64,000 bases of DNA from Paraphysomonas bandaiensis (lineage: Eukaryota > Protista > Chrysophyceae). Positions 50,513 to 60,811 of the stretch are shown one piece after another (positions within the stretch are counted from its first letter, which is position 1; each line of letters opens with the position of its first letter). Under the pieces are notes generated by a model. It was not told the origin of the DNA. It saw only the letters and a program-made list of their open reading frames with translations, and ran no database searches. The position numbers and the translations under genes are program-made. The stretch is from NCBI GenBank assembly GCA_965644295.1, contig CBFFRP010000066.1:62001-126000 (forward strand). The letters are read 5' to 3'.

Positions 50513-51610
50513 ATGCATATGTATGTTATCATCATTAACATCCATGCACTAACCACAGCAGCCCAGAGCTATTTGGGTTCATACGATACACCTGGTTATG
50601 CCCTTGGAGTGCATGTGGTGAATGAGGTGGCGTATGTTGCCGATGGTGCTTCAGGATTGCAGATTGTTAATGTGAGTAATTCGACCAGTCCATCACTATT
50701 GGGTTCATACGATACGTCCAGTAGTGCCTTTGGGGTGTATGTGGTGAATGAGGTGGCGTATGTTGCCGCTTATACAGCAGGATTGCAGATTATTGACGTG
50801 AGTGATTCGACCAGCCCATTGCTATTGGGTTCTTACGATACACCTGGTGACGCCCTTGGGGTGTATGTGGTGAATGAGGTGGCGTATATTGCTGGTCGTT
50901 CTTCAGGATTGCAGATTATTGACGTGAGTGATTCGACCAGCCCATTGCTATTGGGTAGTTACGATACACCTGGTGACGCCCTTGGGGTGTATGTGGTGAA
51001 TGAGGTGGCGTATATTGCTGGTCGTTCTTCAGGATTGCAGATTATTGACGTGAGTGATTCGAGCAGCCCATATCTATTGGGCTCTTACGATACACCTGGT
51101 CTTGCCCGTGGGGTGTATGTGGTGAATGAGGTGGCGTATGTTGCCGATCGTTCTTCAGGATTGCAGATTATTGACGTGAGTAATTCTAGCAACCCATTGC
51201 TATTGGGCTCTTACGATACACCGAGCTATGCCCTTGGGGTGTATGTGGTGAATGGGGTGGCGTATGTAGCCGATTATTCTTCAGGATTGCAGATTATTGA
51301 CGTGAGTGATTCGACCAGCCCATTGCTATTGGGTAGTTACGATACACCTGATCTAGCCCTTGTGGGGTATGTGGTGAATGAGGTGGCGTATGTAGCCGAT
51401 GATTCTTCAGGATTGCAGATTATTGACGTGAGTGATTCGACCAGCCCATTGCTATTGGGTAGTTACGATACACCTGCTTTTTCCTTTGGGGTGTATGTGG
51501 TGAATGAGGTGGCGTATGTTGCTGATGATACTTCAGGTTTGCAGGTTATTGACGTGAGTGATAGGTTTTTAGGAGTCAGAACTAATTTAGAGTTTAGCAT
51601 AACTAACTAG
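50513..51610 (+). CDS. LVIVD gene D: signal peptide plus 8 repeats, truncated by an insertion (secreted form or pseudogene)
   Basis: Homology stops at about 51562 where repeat family C begins. No stalk, CUB or TM follows. Confidence 0.75.
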   Translation: MHMYVIIINIHALTTAAQSYLGSYDTPGYALGVHVVNEVAYVADGASGLQIVNVSNSTSPSLLGSYDTSSSAFGVYVVNEVAYVAAYTAGLQIIDVSDSTSPLLLGSYDTPGDALGVYVVNEVAYIAGRSSGLQIIDVSDSTSPLLLGSYDTPGDALGVYVVNEVAYIAGRSSGLQIIDVSDSSSPYLLGSYDTPGLARGVYVVNEVAYVADRSSGLQIIDVSNSSNPLLLGSYDTPSYALGVYVVNGVAYVADYSSGLQIIDVSDSTSPLLLGSYDTPDLALVGYVVNEVAYVADDSSGLQIIDVSDSTSPLLLGSYDTPAFSFGVYVVNEVAYVADDTSGLQVIDVSDRFLGVRTNLEFSITN

Positions 51611-51770
51611 TAACTAGCACTTAACTCTGATATCCAACTATTTATCGCTACGATAGCTACTTGTGCGTTACCACAAGCACCAAGGTGCCACAACTTTCGC
51701 TCTATCACTTAGAGCAAACGGAGTGAGCAAGCAGAATGTTGATATAGGACATCTGTTGACCGCATGATAT
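51563..51770. repeat. Repeat family C fragment at the breakpoint of gene D
   Basis: GTGAGCAAGCAGAATGTTGATATA and CAAGCACCAAGGT match the reverse complement of 13790-13860. Confidence 0.65.
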
Positions 51771-51884
51771 TTTGAATCCAGTCGTAACCTCTTAACCACA
51801 TTCACTAATCACTTTATCACAGGCACTTAATATGGAAGTAATATATTTATGTCCATATTTGTTGTATTACTTCTAGTCGCGTCA

Positions 51885-52620
51885 CTACTGAATATTACTC
51901 TCAGATAGTGTGCTTGAATGTTCATACAAGTCGCTTGCTGTTGCTTGACAATAACTAAAGTATTCAAAATCTTCGGAATCGACATTCAATATATGACGAT
52001 AAGCGTTGAAGCGGTTTAGAATTATGCTTGCTCGCCTCACCCAAACGCCCATTGTGACCATTCCTGTGTGGCCAGTGCTTGATTTGCTTGTTGTATCTGT
52101 CACATGCATGAATAGTCATCACACACATGAATACATGTTGTAAAGGCTTTGGCTGCCCTCCTCGTGTATGCATTACTTAATGATATGTGTTGTTTCCCAT
52201 ATTTTCTATGAGCGTGCAAAATTTTTCCTTCTGTGTCTCTCGTTCCACATCCCATTCCATTTCCCCTCATATCTACTCTGTGTCGCACCAGTCGTGTCAA
52301 CGCAGGGAATCGCTCTGGATTAACTGATTCCACGCCTTGTCATGTAATATTTGCCACCCCTCATCATCAAAAACTAGGACTGACTCAGTCTTATGATGAG
52401 CAGAACTAAATTGATGTATGATATTGCCCCAGTGACTGACGACGTTAGAAACAGGTATAGACTCCCCCAGTGGTTTGATAGCATCGTGCAGCCACACATC
52501 CAACATTTAAGTCAACTTGTGGTTCAGCGGTGCACATAGCTCATACAGCCATGTAAACGACACGTACATCTGGGCATTTACCTGAAAATCAATATTTTAT
52601 TACGTATAGTAAGCACCTGA
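51885..52620 (-). pseudogene. Degenerate transposase-like remnant (piggyBac-like?)
   Basis: Frameshifted pieces ...SVLVFD..., VNPERFPAL and CDRYNKQIKHWPH are reminiscent of DDE_Tnp_1_7; weak. Confidence 0.35.
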
Positions 52621-53189
52621 TAAAAGTAGAAGCTTCTTATCTCCAGCAAGAGCACGACCAATCGCACTAAGGATACTTCTGAAGTTCAAAGATATATATT
52701 CGGAGCAGCGCTAGTTGAACGTAAAGTTGGCAGTGAATATTTCGGCAAATCGTATGCCAAACGACGAAATCGTAGGATAATTTCTTCTGAACTCTTTTCG
52801 TTATTACTCCAGTCGTGAACGCAGTGGACGGACCTTCTTATGGGCGCCAGTAAACATGAACTATTCGCCATAAATACGAATCCAAATAGCACGCATCTTG
52901 TACAGTGTATATCATACTCACAGATAACAAAACAGAGTTCCTTCTGTAGTAAACGAGGTAATTAGGATCTACATCACGGACAATTATTGTGATAAGTGCC
53001 AGTAGTGTAACAAATAAAAGAAATATACTCAGAAACTTTGGCCTTTGCAGCTTTAAGGTTGATTATTGACTGAGAAGATGTGAATCTGACAAATGAAATT
53101 GATTCATATCTCTAATCAATCCACTTTCATTCCTTTTTGAATCTTCTTTTGACTCAGCCCTTATTTTGGATTGTTGTGTAGCCTTCTCT

Positions 53190-53290
53190 AGGGCTCTTAT
53201 GTATCTCTGTGGGTTCTTATATATCTATATGGGCTCTTATGTATCTCTGTGTTCTCTTATGTATCTCTATGGGCTCTTATGTTTCTCTAT
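53190..53290. repeat. 20-bp minisatellite (GGGCTCTTATGTATCTCTRT) x5
   Basis: Directly visible. Confidence 0.85.
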
Positions 53291-53540
53291 ATGAGCAAAT
53301 TTAGTATGTGTTTTTGTCTTCAAGGACAGAAATCTTGAGTTGTGGAAGACATTTTTCCGCAATAGAGCTTCATTAATAGTTATATACCTACCTGATAAAC
53401 AACACCAGGCGCAATGAAATGATTTATAGTCTCTATCATTGGCAGTATTGGACCCCAATGGTAATTATCTTGGTATTGATTTTCTTGTATATTTTATTTG
53501 TTTTATACCCATGTGTATTTTCCCATTATTACCTAACAAA

Positions 53541-53776
53541 GATTACGCGGGACTTCTCGTGACCATGCATGACTCAGTATAGGTCTAGTGTGATATTGGC
53601 CACCCCCCTCCTCCCCTAGAATGCGCGGGGTATCTCGTAATCTCATATAGGCTATGCAAGGATAGTGTAGATCAAGCTTGGGTTTTCTTGGTGCCAACAC
53701 ACAAAGAATATGCTGAGATTTTTATTAATAATAGTCAACACTAGCACTTCACCAGGGTACGCTCTCAGAATGGGGT
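53541..53776. mobile_element. TIR family D partial inverted copy
   Basis: Reverse-complement match to 17757-18010. Confidence 0.75.
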
Positions 53777-54544
53777 AGTTACTATATTATACACAGTAGT
53801 TATAATGAAGCGTTTGTCAGTGTCAATTTTATATTCACAACTTTGATTACAATTGAATAGTTATCACATGATCTAACTGTAAGACATACAAAATATTGTT
53901 GTATTTATGGCGGCGGAAAAACCCAAAGCTGTACACACCTTTTAATCTTGCATTTAATCACAGATATATTGAATGTGATCTAACTACACGAACAACTGAA
54001 ATGTAGTATATGTTGTACATATAACATATTGGCAACATATTGTAATAAACTAAATATGCACATTCAACTTCAATATTGAGTTAATAGAAACTCACTCTAT
54101 CTTAATTATTAATTATGATAATATCAACCATATGTATGTGATTTCATTCTATTACACAATTACGGAGAAACCACAATGATGAGCCAGCTATGAAAAGGAG
54201 ATCATCAAACACTCCAAGTCATCTTCCATCCTTCGTCTGATGTGGAAGATCATAATGACGACAGTGCAAGCGATCTATCCACATAACCTGAACTAACGGC
54301 TTCAGGATTATGTATATAGCATCTATATGCATCTATAAGGGTCACAGAGTTGAGCATAGAATTCATCAGCAATGCTGTTTATGATCATAGATCTACTAGA
54401 GTAAACAATTTCCTATACACACTGACTGCATCTTGTGTATCAGAGTCATGCAGCAGAAGTTGTCTCGGTGTAAGATCGGAACTTCTTATATGCCACATAC
54501 GGCAGAGTGACTGCAGTGTAGAAGTGTTCTGGATTGAGAGCAGA

Positions 54545-54695
54545 CTTATCGGCATCCTCTGTATATTTTTGTTCGAAGATGCCTCTAATATTGAGACAAG
54601 AATTATCTGTATTCCAGACGTATATGTATTGAAGGAATGTTGATAATATTTGCATCAATATATTTCCGAAAAATGAGATGCTGACTGCCAATAAC
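54545..54695. mobile_element. MITE family A, copy 5 (degenerate ends)
   Basis: Internal homology GAAGATGCCTCTAATATTGAGACAA...TTTCCGAAAA. Confidence 0.65.
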
Positions 54696-54941
54696 TGGAT
54701 ATTGAGAAAAGTGCGCAGGTAAAAAACCAACACTGGCAAACTAAATGAACTACCAAAAAACCCTACCTTTTTCTATACCTTCGTACAAGTACCTACCCAT
54801 AATTTGTAGGTTTTTAGGTCTCGAGCACACATCTGGAATCCAAAACTTAATTTTTTTAACAATTAGAATACAATAAAATACATGAAATCTTAGATACTAG
54901 TAAAATACCCCTACTTTACCCCTCGGTGTAACACCCTGTCA

Positions 54942-55092
54942 CGAATCGGCAGAAAGTATCTTATTTTTCGGAAATAAAATGAAGCGAATATTCTCTATAT
55001 AATTGCATATCAACTACGGCTGGAATACAGATAATTGTTGTCTCAATATATGAGGCATTTCTGAACAAAAATATACAAAGGATACTGATACG
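54942..55092. mobile_element. MITE family A, copy 6, in the upstream region of LVIVD gene E
   Basis: Flanked by CA/CA. The empty site CTGTCATACTG is present in the paralogous upstream regions of A (~39810) and B (~45865). Confidence 0.85.
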
Positions 55093-55153
55093 CATACTGC
55101 ATTATTGCACGTGGAACTACCATCCGCTAACTTGAACTTGTCAAAGCCATATT

Positions 55154-56731
55154 ATGCATATGTATGTTATCATCATTGCAATCCATGCACTAACCACAAC
55201 AGCCCAGAGCTATTTGGGTTCTTACGATACATCTGGCCAAGCCTTTGGGGTGCATGTGGTGAATGAGGTGGCGTATGTTGCTGATGGTTATTCAGGATTG
55301 CAGATTGTTAACGTGAGTGATTCGACCAACCCATCGCTATTGGGTTCATACAATACACCTGACCTTGCCCGTGAGGTATATGTGGTGAATGAGGTGGCGT
55401 ATGTTCCCGATTATTCTTCAGGATTGCAGATTATAGACGTGAGTGACTCGACCAGCCCATCGCTACTGGGTTCATATGATACACCTGGTGATGCCAATGG
55501 GGTGTATGTGGTGAACGAGGTGGCGTATGTTGCTGATGCATCTTCAGGATTGCAGATTATTGACGTGAGTGATTCGACCAGCCCATTGCTACTGGGTTCT
55601 TACGATACACCTGGTGGTGCCAATGGGGTGTATGTGGTGAATGAGGTGGCATATGTTGCCGATGGTTCTTCAGGATTGCAGATTATAGACGTGAGTAATT
55701 CGACCAACCCATTGTTATTGGGTTCTTACGATACACCTGATATTGCCCGTGAGGTATATGTGGTGAATGAGGTGGCGTATGTTGCCGATGATTCTTCAGG
55801 ATTGCAGATTATTGACGTGAGTGATTCGACCAGCCCATTGCTATTGGGCTCTTACGATACATCTGGTAGTGCAAAGGGGGTGTATGTGGTGAATGAGGTA
55901 GCGTATGTTACTGATGGTTATTCAGGATTGCAGATTGTTGACGTGAGTGATTCGACCAGCCCATCGCTATTGGGTTCTTACGATACACCTGGTAGTGCCG
56001 AGGGGGTGTATGTGGTGAATGAGGTGGCGTATGTTGCCGATTATACATCAGGTTTGTGGATTTTTAACATTTTGTTGAATCCTACAATTCCCTCATCGAG
56101 TCCCACAACTCAACCAACCACTTCTGTTCCTACTTCGCAGCCTACTCTTTTTGGCTACAGGGCGTCACCGTATTCTACCCCCCATCCCTATGAAAATTCG
56201 GCTACCTACAGCCACAGTTTCTACGAACCTAGCGCTGCTAAAATAAAAGTGCATTTCTCCATGTTTGAAACAGAAGAGGACTATGATGTGGTTGATCTGA
56301 TTAACTCTGATGGTGTGATTCAGGAGAGTTATTCAGGGGCTTTGGGGCAATTCGATAGCACATGGGTTAGTGGAAATCAGGTGAATATTAGACTGGCTAC
56401 TGATTCCGAATATACCTCATATGGATTTGATGTAACTGGCTTTACCTTTTCTAAAGAGCCGTTAAGTAGTGAGTCAGGCGATGGCGGTGGGAGTGGTAGT
56501 AGTCGTGGCAATTACTGGTGGTTGTATCTACTGATTTTAATACTTCCAGTTATTGTTGCTTTTGTTTGTTTCTTTTATTGGTGCAACAACTACCGTAAGA
56601 GGCGTACTGCTGATCATCATCCTTCCTATACTGATGTTCAAATGGTGTCAACTAACACTTTCGTTCCTACCAAAAGTCGACCTGGGCATGAAACCTGGGA
56701 AGAGGATTTGATCACGTTTTCTTATGAATAG
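55154..56731 (+). CDS. LVIVD receptor E: 7 repeats, very short stalk (~22 aa), CUB, TM, tail
   Basis: 525-aa intronless ORF. Confidence 0.92.
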   Translation: MHMYVIIIAIHALTTTAQSYLGSYDTSGQAFGVHVVNEVAYVADGYSGLQIVNVSDSTNPSLLGSYNTPDLAREVYVVNEVAYVPDYSSGLQIIDVSDSTSPSLLGSYDTPGDANGVYVVNEVAYVADASSGLQIIDVSDSTSPLLLGSYDTPGGANGVYVVNEVAYVADGSSGLQIIDVSNSTNPLLLGSYDTPDIAREVYVVNEVAYVADDSSGLQIIDVSDSTSPLLLGSYDTSGSAKGVYVVNEVAYVTDGYSGLQIVDVSDSTSPSLLGSYDTPGSAEGVYVVNEVAYVADYTSGLWIFNILLNPTIPSSSPTTQPTTSVPTSQPTLFGYRASPYSTPHPYENSATYSHSFYEPSAAKIKVHFSMFETEEDYDVVDLINSDGVIQESYSGALGQFDSTWVSGNQVNIRLATDSEYTSYGFDVTGFTFSKEPLSSESGDGGGSGSSRGNYWWLYLLILILPVIVAFVCFFYWCNNYRKRRTADHHPSYTDVQMVSTNTFVPTKSRPGHETWEEDLITFSYE

Positions 56732-58501
56732 TAGAGTTGTCATAAGAATTCTTCTGGAGCCATAGGCATTAGTTTTTATGTTTGTTAGTAACAGTTTCAT
56801 AAAAAGGAAAAAGACATTATGAGAGTACTACTGACTGATACTCATGCTGTACACAATTATTGCTTGTTGTAATATTATAATTACCATCACGATTGTGATC
56901 CCTTGACCACTTACTCTGTTAGTGACGAAGTTATTACCGTCACCAAAATATGTGGCACTATACATGCCATAAATGATGTTGTTCTTGCTCACTGCGTTTG
57001 ATTTGAGCGATAGAGCGAAAGCGGTGACGCACAAGCAGCTTTCGTAGCGTTAAACAGTAGAATATCTGAGATAAGCACTGACTCTTAAACGCCTATTGCT
57101 AATAATAAGACATTCACTTCTGAGGAGATAAGGTGTTTGTAATAGTGTTGCTGTTATTTAGTTTATAGTTTGAGTTAGCTGAACATAATTATAAGTTGAT
57201 ACGAAGAGAACAATACATTACGGAATACTGCATTGCTGTTTAGTATTCAGTACAGCTGCAGTACTTAACGTGGGGTATCTAGCGGGATATCTAGTATCTA
57301 TATGCATCTATATGGCTAACAGAGTTCATAATAGAATTAAACAGAAATGCTTAGATCTACTAGAGTAAACAATTTCCTATACACACTGACTGCATCTTGA
57401 GTATCAGAGTCATGCAGCAGAAGTTGTCTCGGTGTAAGATCGGAACTTCTTATATGCCACATACGGCAGAGTAACTGCTGCGTAAGTGTTCTGGATTGAG
57501 AGTAATGCTCTTAGGGTGCAATGCGCAGGTAATCAACACTGGCCAACGGTGGTGCCCCATCCAGAGCTAGACTTCCAGCGACTCGCCAGGTATGGTAGAT
57601 ATGAAACATCTACGTGTATATTACACCCCCCTATATGGTGACATGAAAGGTGGATGTAGCCGCTACAAGGCTGCTGCAGAGAAGGTTCAGGAACTGGTTC
57701 AGAAGCACTTTTCTATTGAGGTTCACCTGCTGGCAGTAACTGTGTATGTGATGGTACCGTACCTGTGATCCTGTGCTTCTAAGCCACTCGTTCATACATA
57801 CATCAACCCTCTTGCTATCATCTCAGCTCAGTAATCACAGAGTGCGAAGGGTACAGTTGGGATTGCATCATATACCACCGTAAAGTATGAACACCCCCGT
57901 ATACATGCACAGCAGTATATCCATATGATTCTACGAGTACGAAGTGTGGTATTACAAACCCCTGTTTTTATTTGATTGTGTTATTGGAAATCCCTGTTTT
58001 TAAAATTGAGCGAAGTGTGTTTCTGGAAACCCCTGTTTTTATTGGATTGTGTTATTGGAAATCCCTTTTTTTGTAGGATCACCCATACAAACAACAGCGA
58101 TTTTGAGATTTCTCGAAACTACGAGAAGTTGGTGAAATTTCAGTTTTTCAATGCTAATAACAGCACAACATCTCGTACAACGCTGTATGTACTGAAGTGT
58201 TTAGTGGCTGTAGCTGTGCAGATGGGGAGAGAAGGCTTCGAAGATATGAAGTGAAGTGAAGTGAAGTGAAGTGAAGTGAGAAGTACAAAACTTCACTTTT
58301 TATACAGTCAGAATACCATAAAATACGTAGAAGGTTAAGATACTAGTGGAATCAGAACATGCAGAACCCCCAACACACTCCTCGAGCTCAGCTGACCAGC
58401 CTGATGTGGATAGTCCGCCATTCCATCACTGCACTCGGAGACCTTCATAGTCAGTCATACTGTGGAACCATACGCAGACTTGAACTTGTCGAAACCATAA
58501 T

Positions 58502-60811
58502 ATGCATATGCATGTGATCATCATTGCAATCCATGCACTAACCACAGCAGCCCAGACCTACTTGGGTTCATACGATACACCTCATCTTGCCATTGATGTG
58601 CATGTGGTGAATGAGGTGGCGTATGTAGCTGATGGTTCTTCAGGATTGCTGATTATCGATGTGAGTGATTCCACCAGCCCATCGCTACTGGGCTCTTACG
58701 ATACACCTGGTTATGCCGAGGGGGTGTATGTACTGAATGAGGTGGCGTATGTTGCTGATTGGTATTCAGGATTGCAGATTATTAATGTGAGTGATTCGAC
58801 CAGTCCATCTCTACTGGGTTCATACGATACACCTGGTATTGCCAATGCGGTGTATGTGTTGAATGACGTGGCGTATGTTACTGATGGTGCTTCAGGATTG
58901 CAGATTATTAACGTGAGTGACTCGACCAGCCCATTGCAACTGGGTTCTTACGATACACCTGGTAGTGCCCGTGGGGCGTATGTGGTGAATGACATGGCGT
59001 ATGTTGCCGATTATACCGCAGGATTGCTGATTATTGACGTGAGTGATTCGACCAACCCATTGCTCTTGGGTTCTTACGATACACCTCATACTGCCTTTGG
59101 GGTGTATGTGGTGAATGACGTGGCGTATGTTGCTGATGCATATTCAGGATTGCTGATTATTGACGTGAGTGATTCGACCAGTCCGTTGTTATTGGGTTCT
59201 TACGATACACCTTATGAGGCCTTCTGGGTATATGTGGTGAATGAGGTGGCGTATGTTGCTGATGCATCTTCAGGATTGCAGATTATTGACGTGAGTGATT
59301 CGACCAGCCCATATCTATTGGGTTCATACGATACACCTCATTTTGCATTTGTGGTGCATGTGGTGAATGAGGTGGCGTATGTTGCTGATGGTTATTCAGG
59401 ATTGCAGATTATTGCCGTGAGCGATTCAATTCCGTCATCGATTCCCACTTTGCAGCCAACCACGTCAATCCCCTCTGCAATTCCTTCAGAGATTCCTACT
59501 TTGCAGCCGACCACATCTACCCCCTCTTCATTCCCCTCTTCAATTCCCTCATCGATTCCCACTTTGCAGCCAACCACGTCAATCCCCTCTTCAATTCCCT
59601 CATCGATTCCCACTTTGCAGCCAACCACGTCAATCCCCTCTGCAATTCCTTCAGAGATTCCTACTTTGCAGCCGACCACGTCGATTCCTTCATCGGTTCC
59701 CACTTTGCAGCCAACCACGTCAATTCCCTCATTGTACCCCACTTTGCAGCCAACAACGTCAATTCCCTCATGGGTTCCTTCATCGATTCCTACTGTTCAG
59801 CCGACCACGTCATTCCCCTCTTCATTTCCCTCATCTATTCCTACTTTGCAGCCAACCACGTCAATCCCCTCTTCAATTCCGTCATCGATTCCCACTTTGC
59901 AGCCAACCACGTCAATCCCCTCTGCAATTCCTTCAGAGATTCCTACTTTGCAGCCGACCACGTCAATCCCCTCTTCAATTCCTTCATCGATTCCTACTCT
60001 TCAGCCGACCACGTCAATCCCCTCTTCATTTCCCTCATCGATTCCTACTTTGCAGCCGACCACCTCAATTCCCTCATCGATTCCCACTTTGCAACCGACC
60101 ACCTCAATCCCCTCTTCAATTCCCTCATCGATTCCCACTTTGCAGCCTGCCACATCACTTCCCTCATCGAGTCCCACAACGCAGCCTACCACTTCTCTTC
60201 CTACTTCGCAGCCTACGCTATTTGGCTACAGGGCGTCACCGTATTCTACCCCTCATCCCTATGAAAATTTGGCTACCTATAGCCACAGTTTCTACGAACC
60301 TAGCGCTGCTAAAATAAAAGTGCATTTCTCCATGTTCGAAACAGAAGAGGACTATGATGTGGTTGAACTGATTAACTCTGATGGTGTGATTCAGCAGAGT
60401 TATTCAGGGGCTTTGGGACAATTTGATAGCACATGGGTTAGTGGAAATCAGGTGAATATTAGACTGGCTACTGATTCCACATATACTTCATATGGATTTG
60501 ATGTAACTGGCTTTACCTTTTCTAAAGAGCCGTTAAGTAGTGAGTCAGGCGATGGCGGTGGGAGTGGTAGTAGTCGTGGCAATTACTGGTGGTTGTATCT
60601 ACTGATTTTAATACTTCCAGTTATTGTTGCTTTTGTTTGTTTCTTTTATTGGTGCAACAACTACCGTAAGAGGCGTACTGCTGATCACCCTCCTTCCTAT
60701 ACTGATGTTCAAATGGTGCCAACAAACACTTCCGTTCCTACCAAAAGTCGACCTGGGCATGACACCTGGGAAGTGGATTTGACGAGCATTTCATATGAAA
60801 ATAACATATAG
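58502..60811 (+). CDS. LVIVD receptor F: 7 repeats, ~265-aa stalk, CUB, TM, tail
   Basis: 769-aa intronless ORF. Confidence 0.92.
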   Translation: MHMHVIIIAIHALTTAAQTYLGSYDTPHLAIDVHVVNEVAYVADGSSGLLIIDVSDSTSPSLLGSYDTPGYAEGVYVLNEVAYVADWYSGLQIINVSDSTSPSLLGSYDTPGIANAVYVLNDVAYVTDGASGLQIINVSDSTSPLQLGSYDTPGSARGAYVVNDMAYVADYTAGLLIIDVSDSTNPLLLGSYDTPHTAFGVYVVNDVAYVADAYSGLLIIDVSDSTSPLLLGSYDTPYEAFWVYVVNEVAYVADASSGLQIIDVSDSTSPYLLGSYDTPHFAFVVHVVNEVAYVADGYSGLQIIAVSDSIPSSIPTLQPTTSIPSAIPSEIPTLQPTTSTPSSFPSSIPSSIPTLQPTTSIPSSIPSSIPTLQPTTSIPSAIPSEIPTLQPTTSIPSSVPTLQPTTSIPSLYPTLQPTTSIPSWVPSSIPTVQPTTSFPSSFPSSIPTLQPTTSIPSSIPSSIPTLQPTTSIPSAIPSEIPTLQPTTSIPSSIPSSIPTLQPTTSIPSSFPSSIPTLQPTTSIPSSIPTLQPTTSIPSSIPSSIPTLQPATSLPSSSPTTQPTTSLPTSQPTLFGYRASPYSTPHPYENLATYSHSFYEPSAAKIKVHFSMFETEEDYDVVELINSDGVIQQSYSGALGQFDSTWVSGNQVNIRLATDSTYTSYGFDVTGFTFSKEPLSSESGDGGGSGSSRGNYWWLYLLILILPVIVAFVCFFYWCNNYRKRRTADHPPSYTDVQMVPTNTSVPTKSRPGHDTWEVDLTSISYENNI

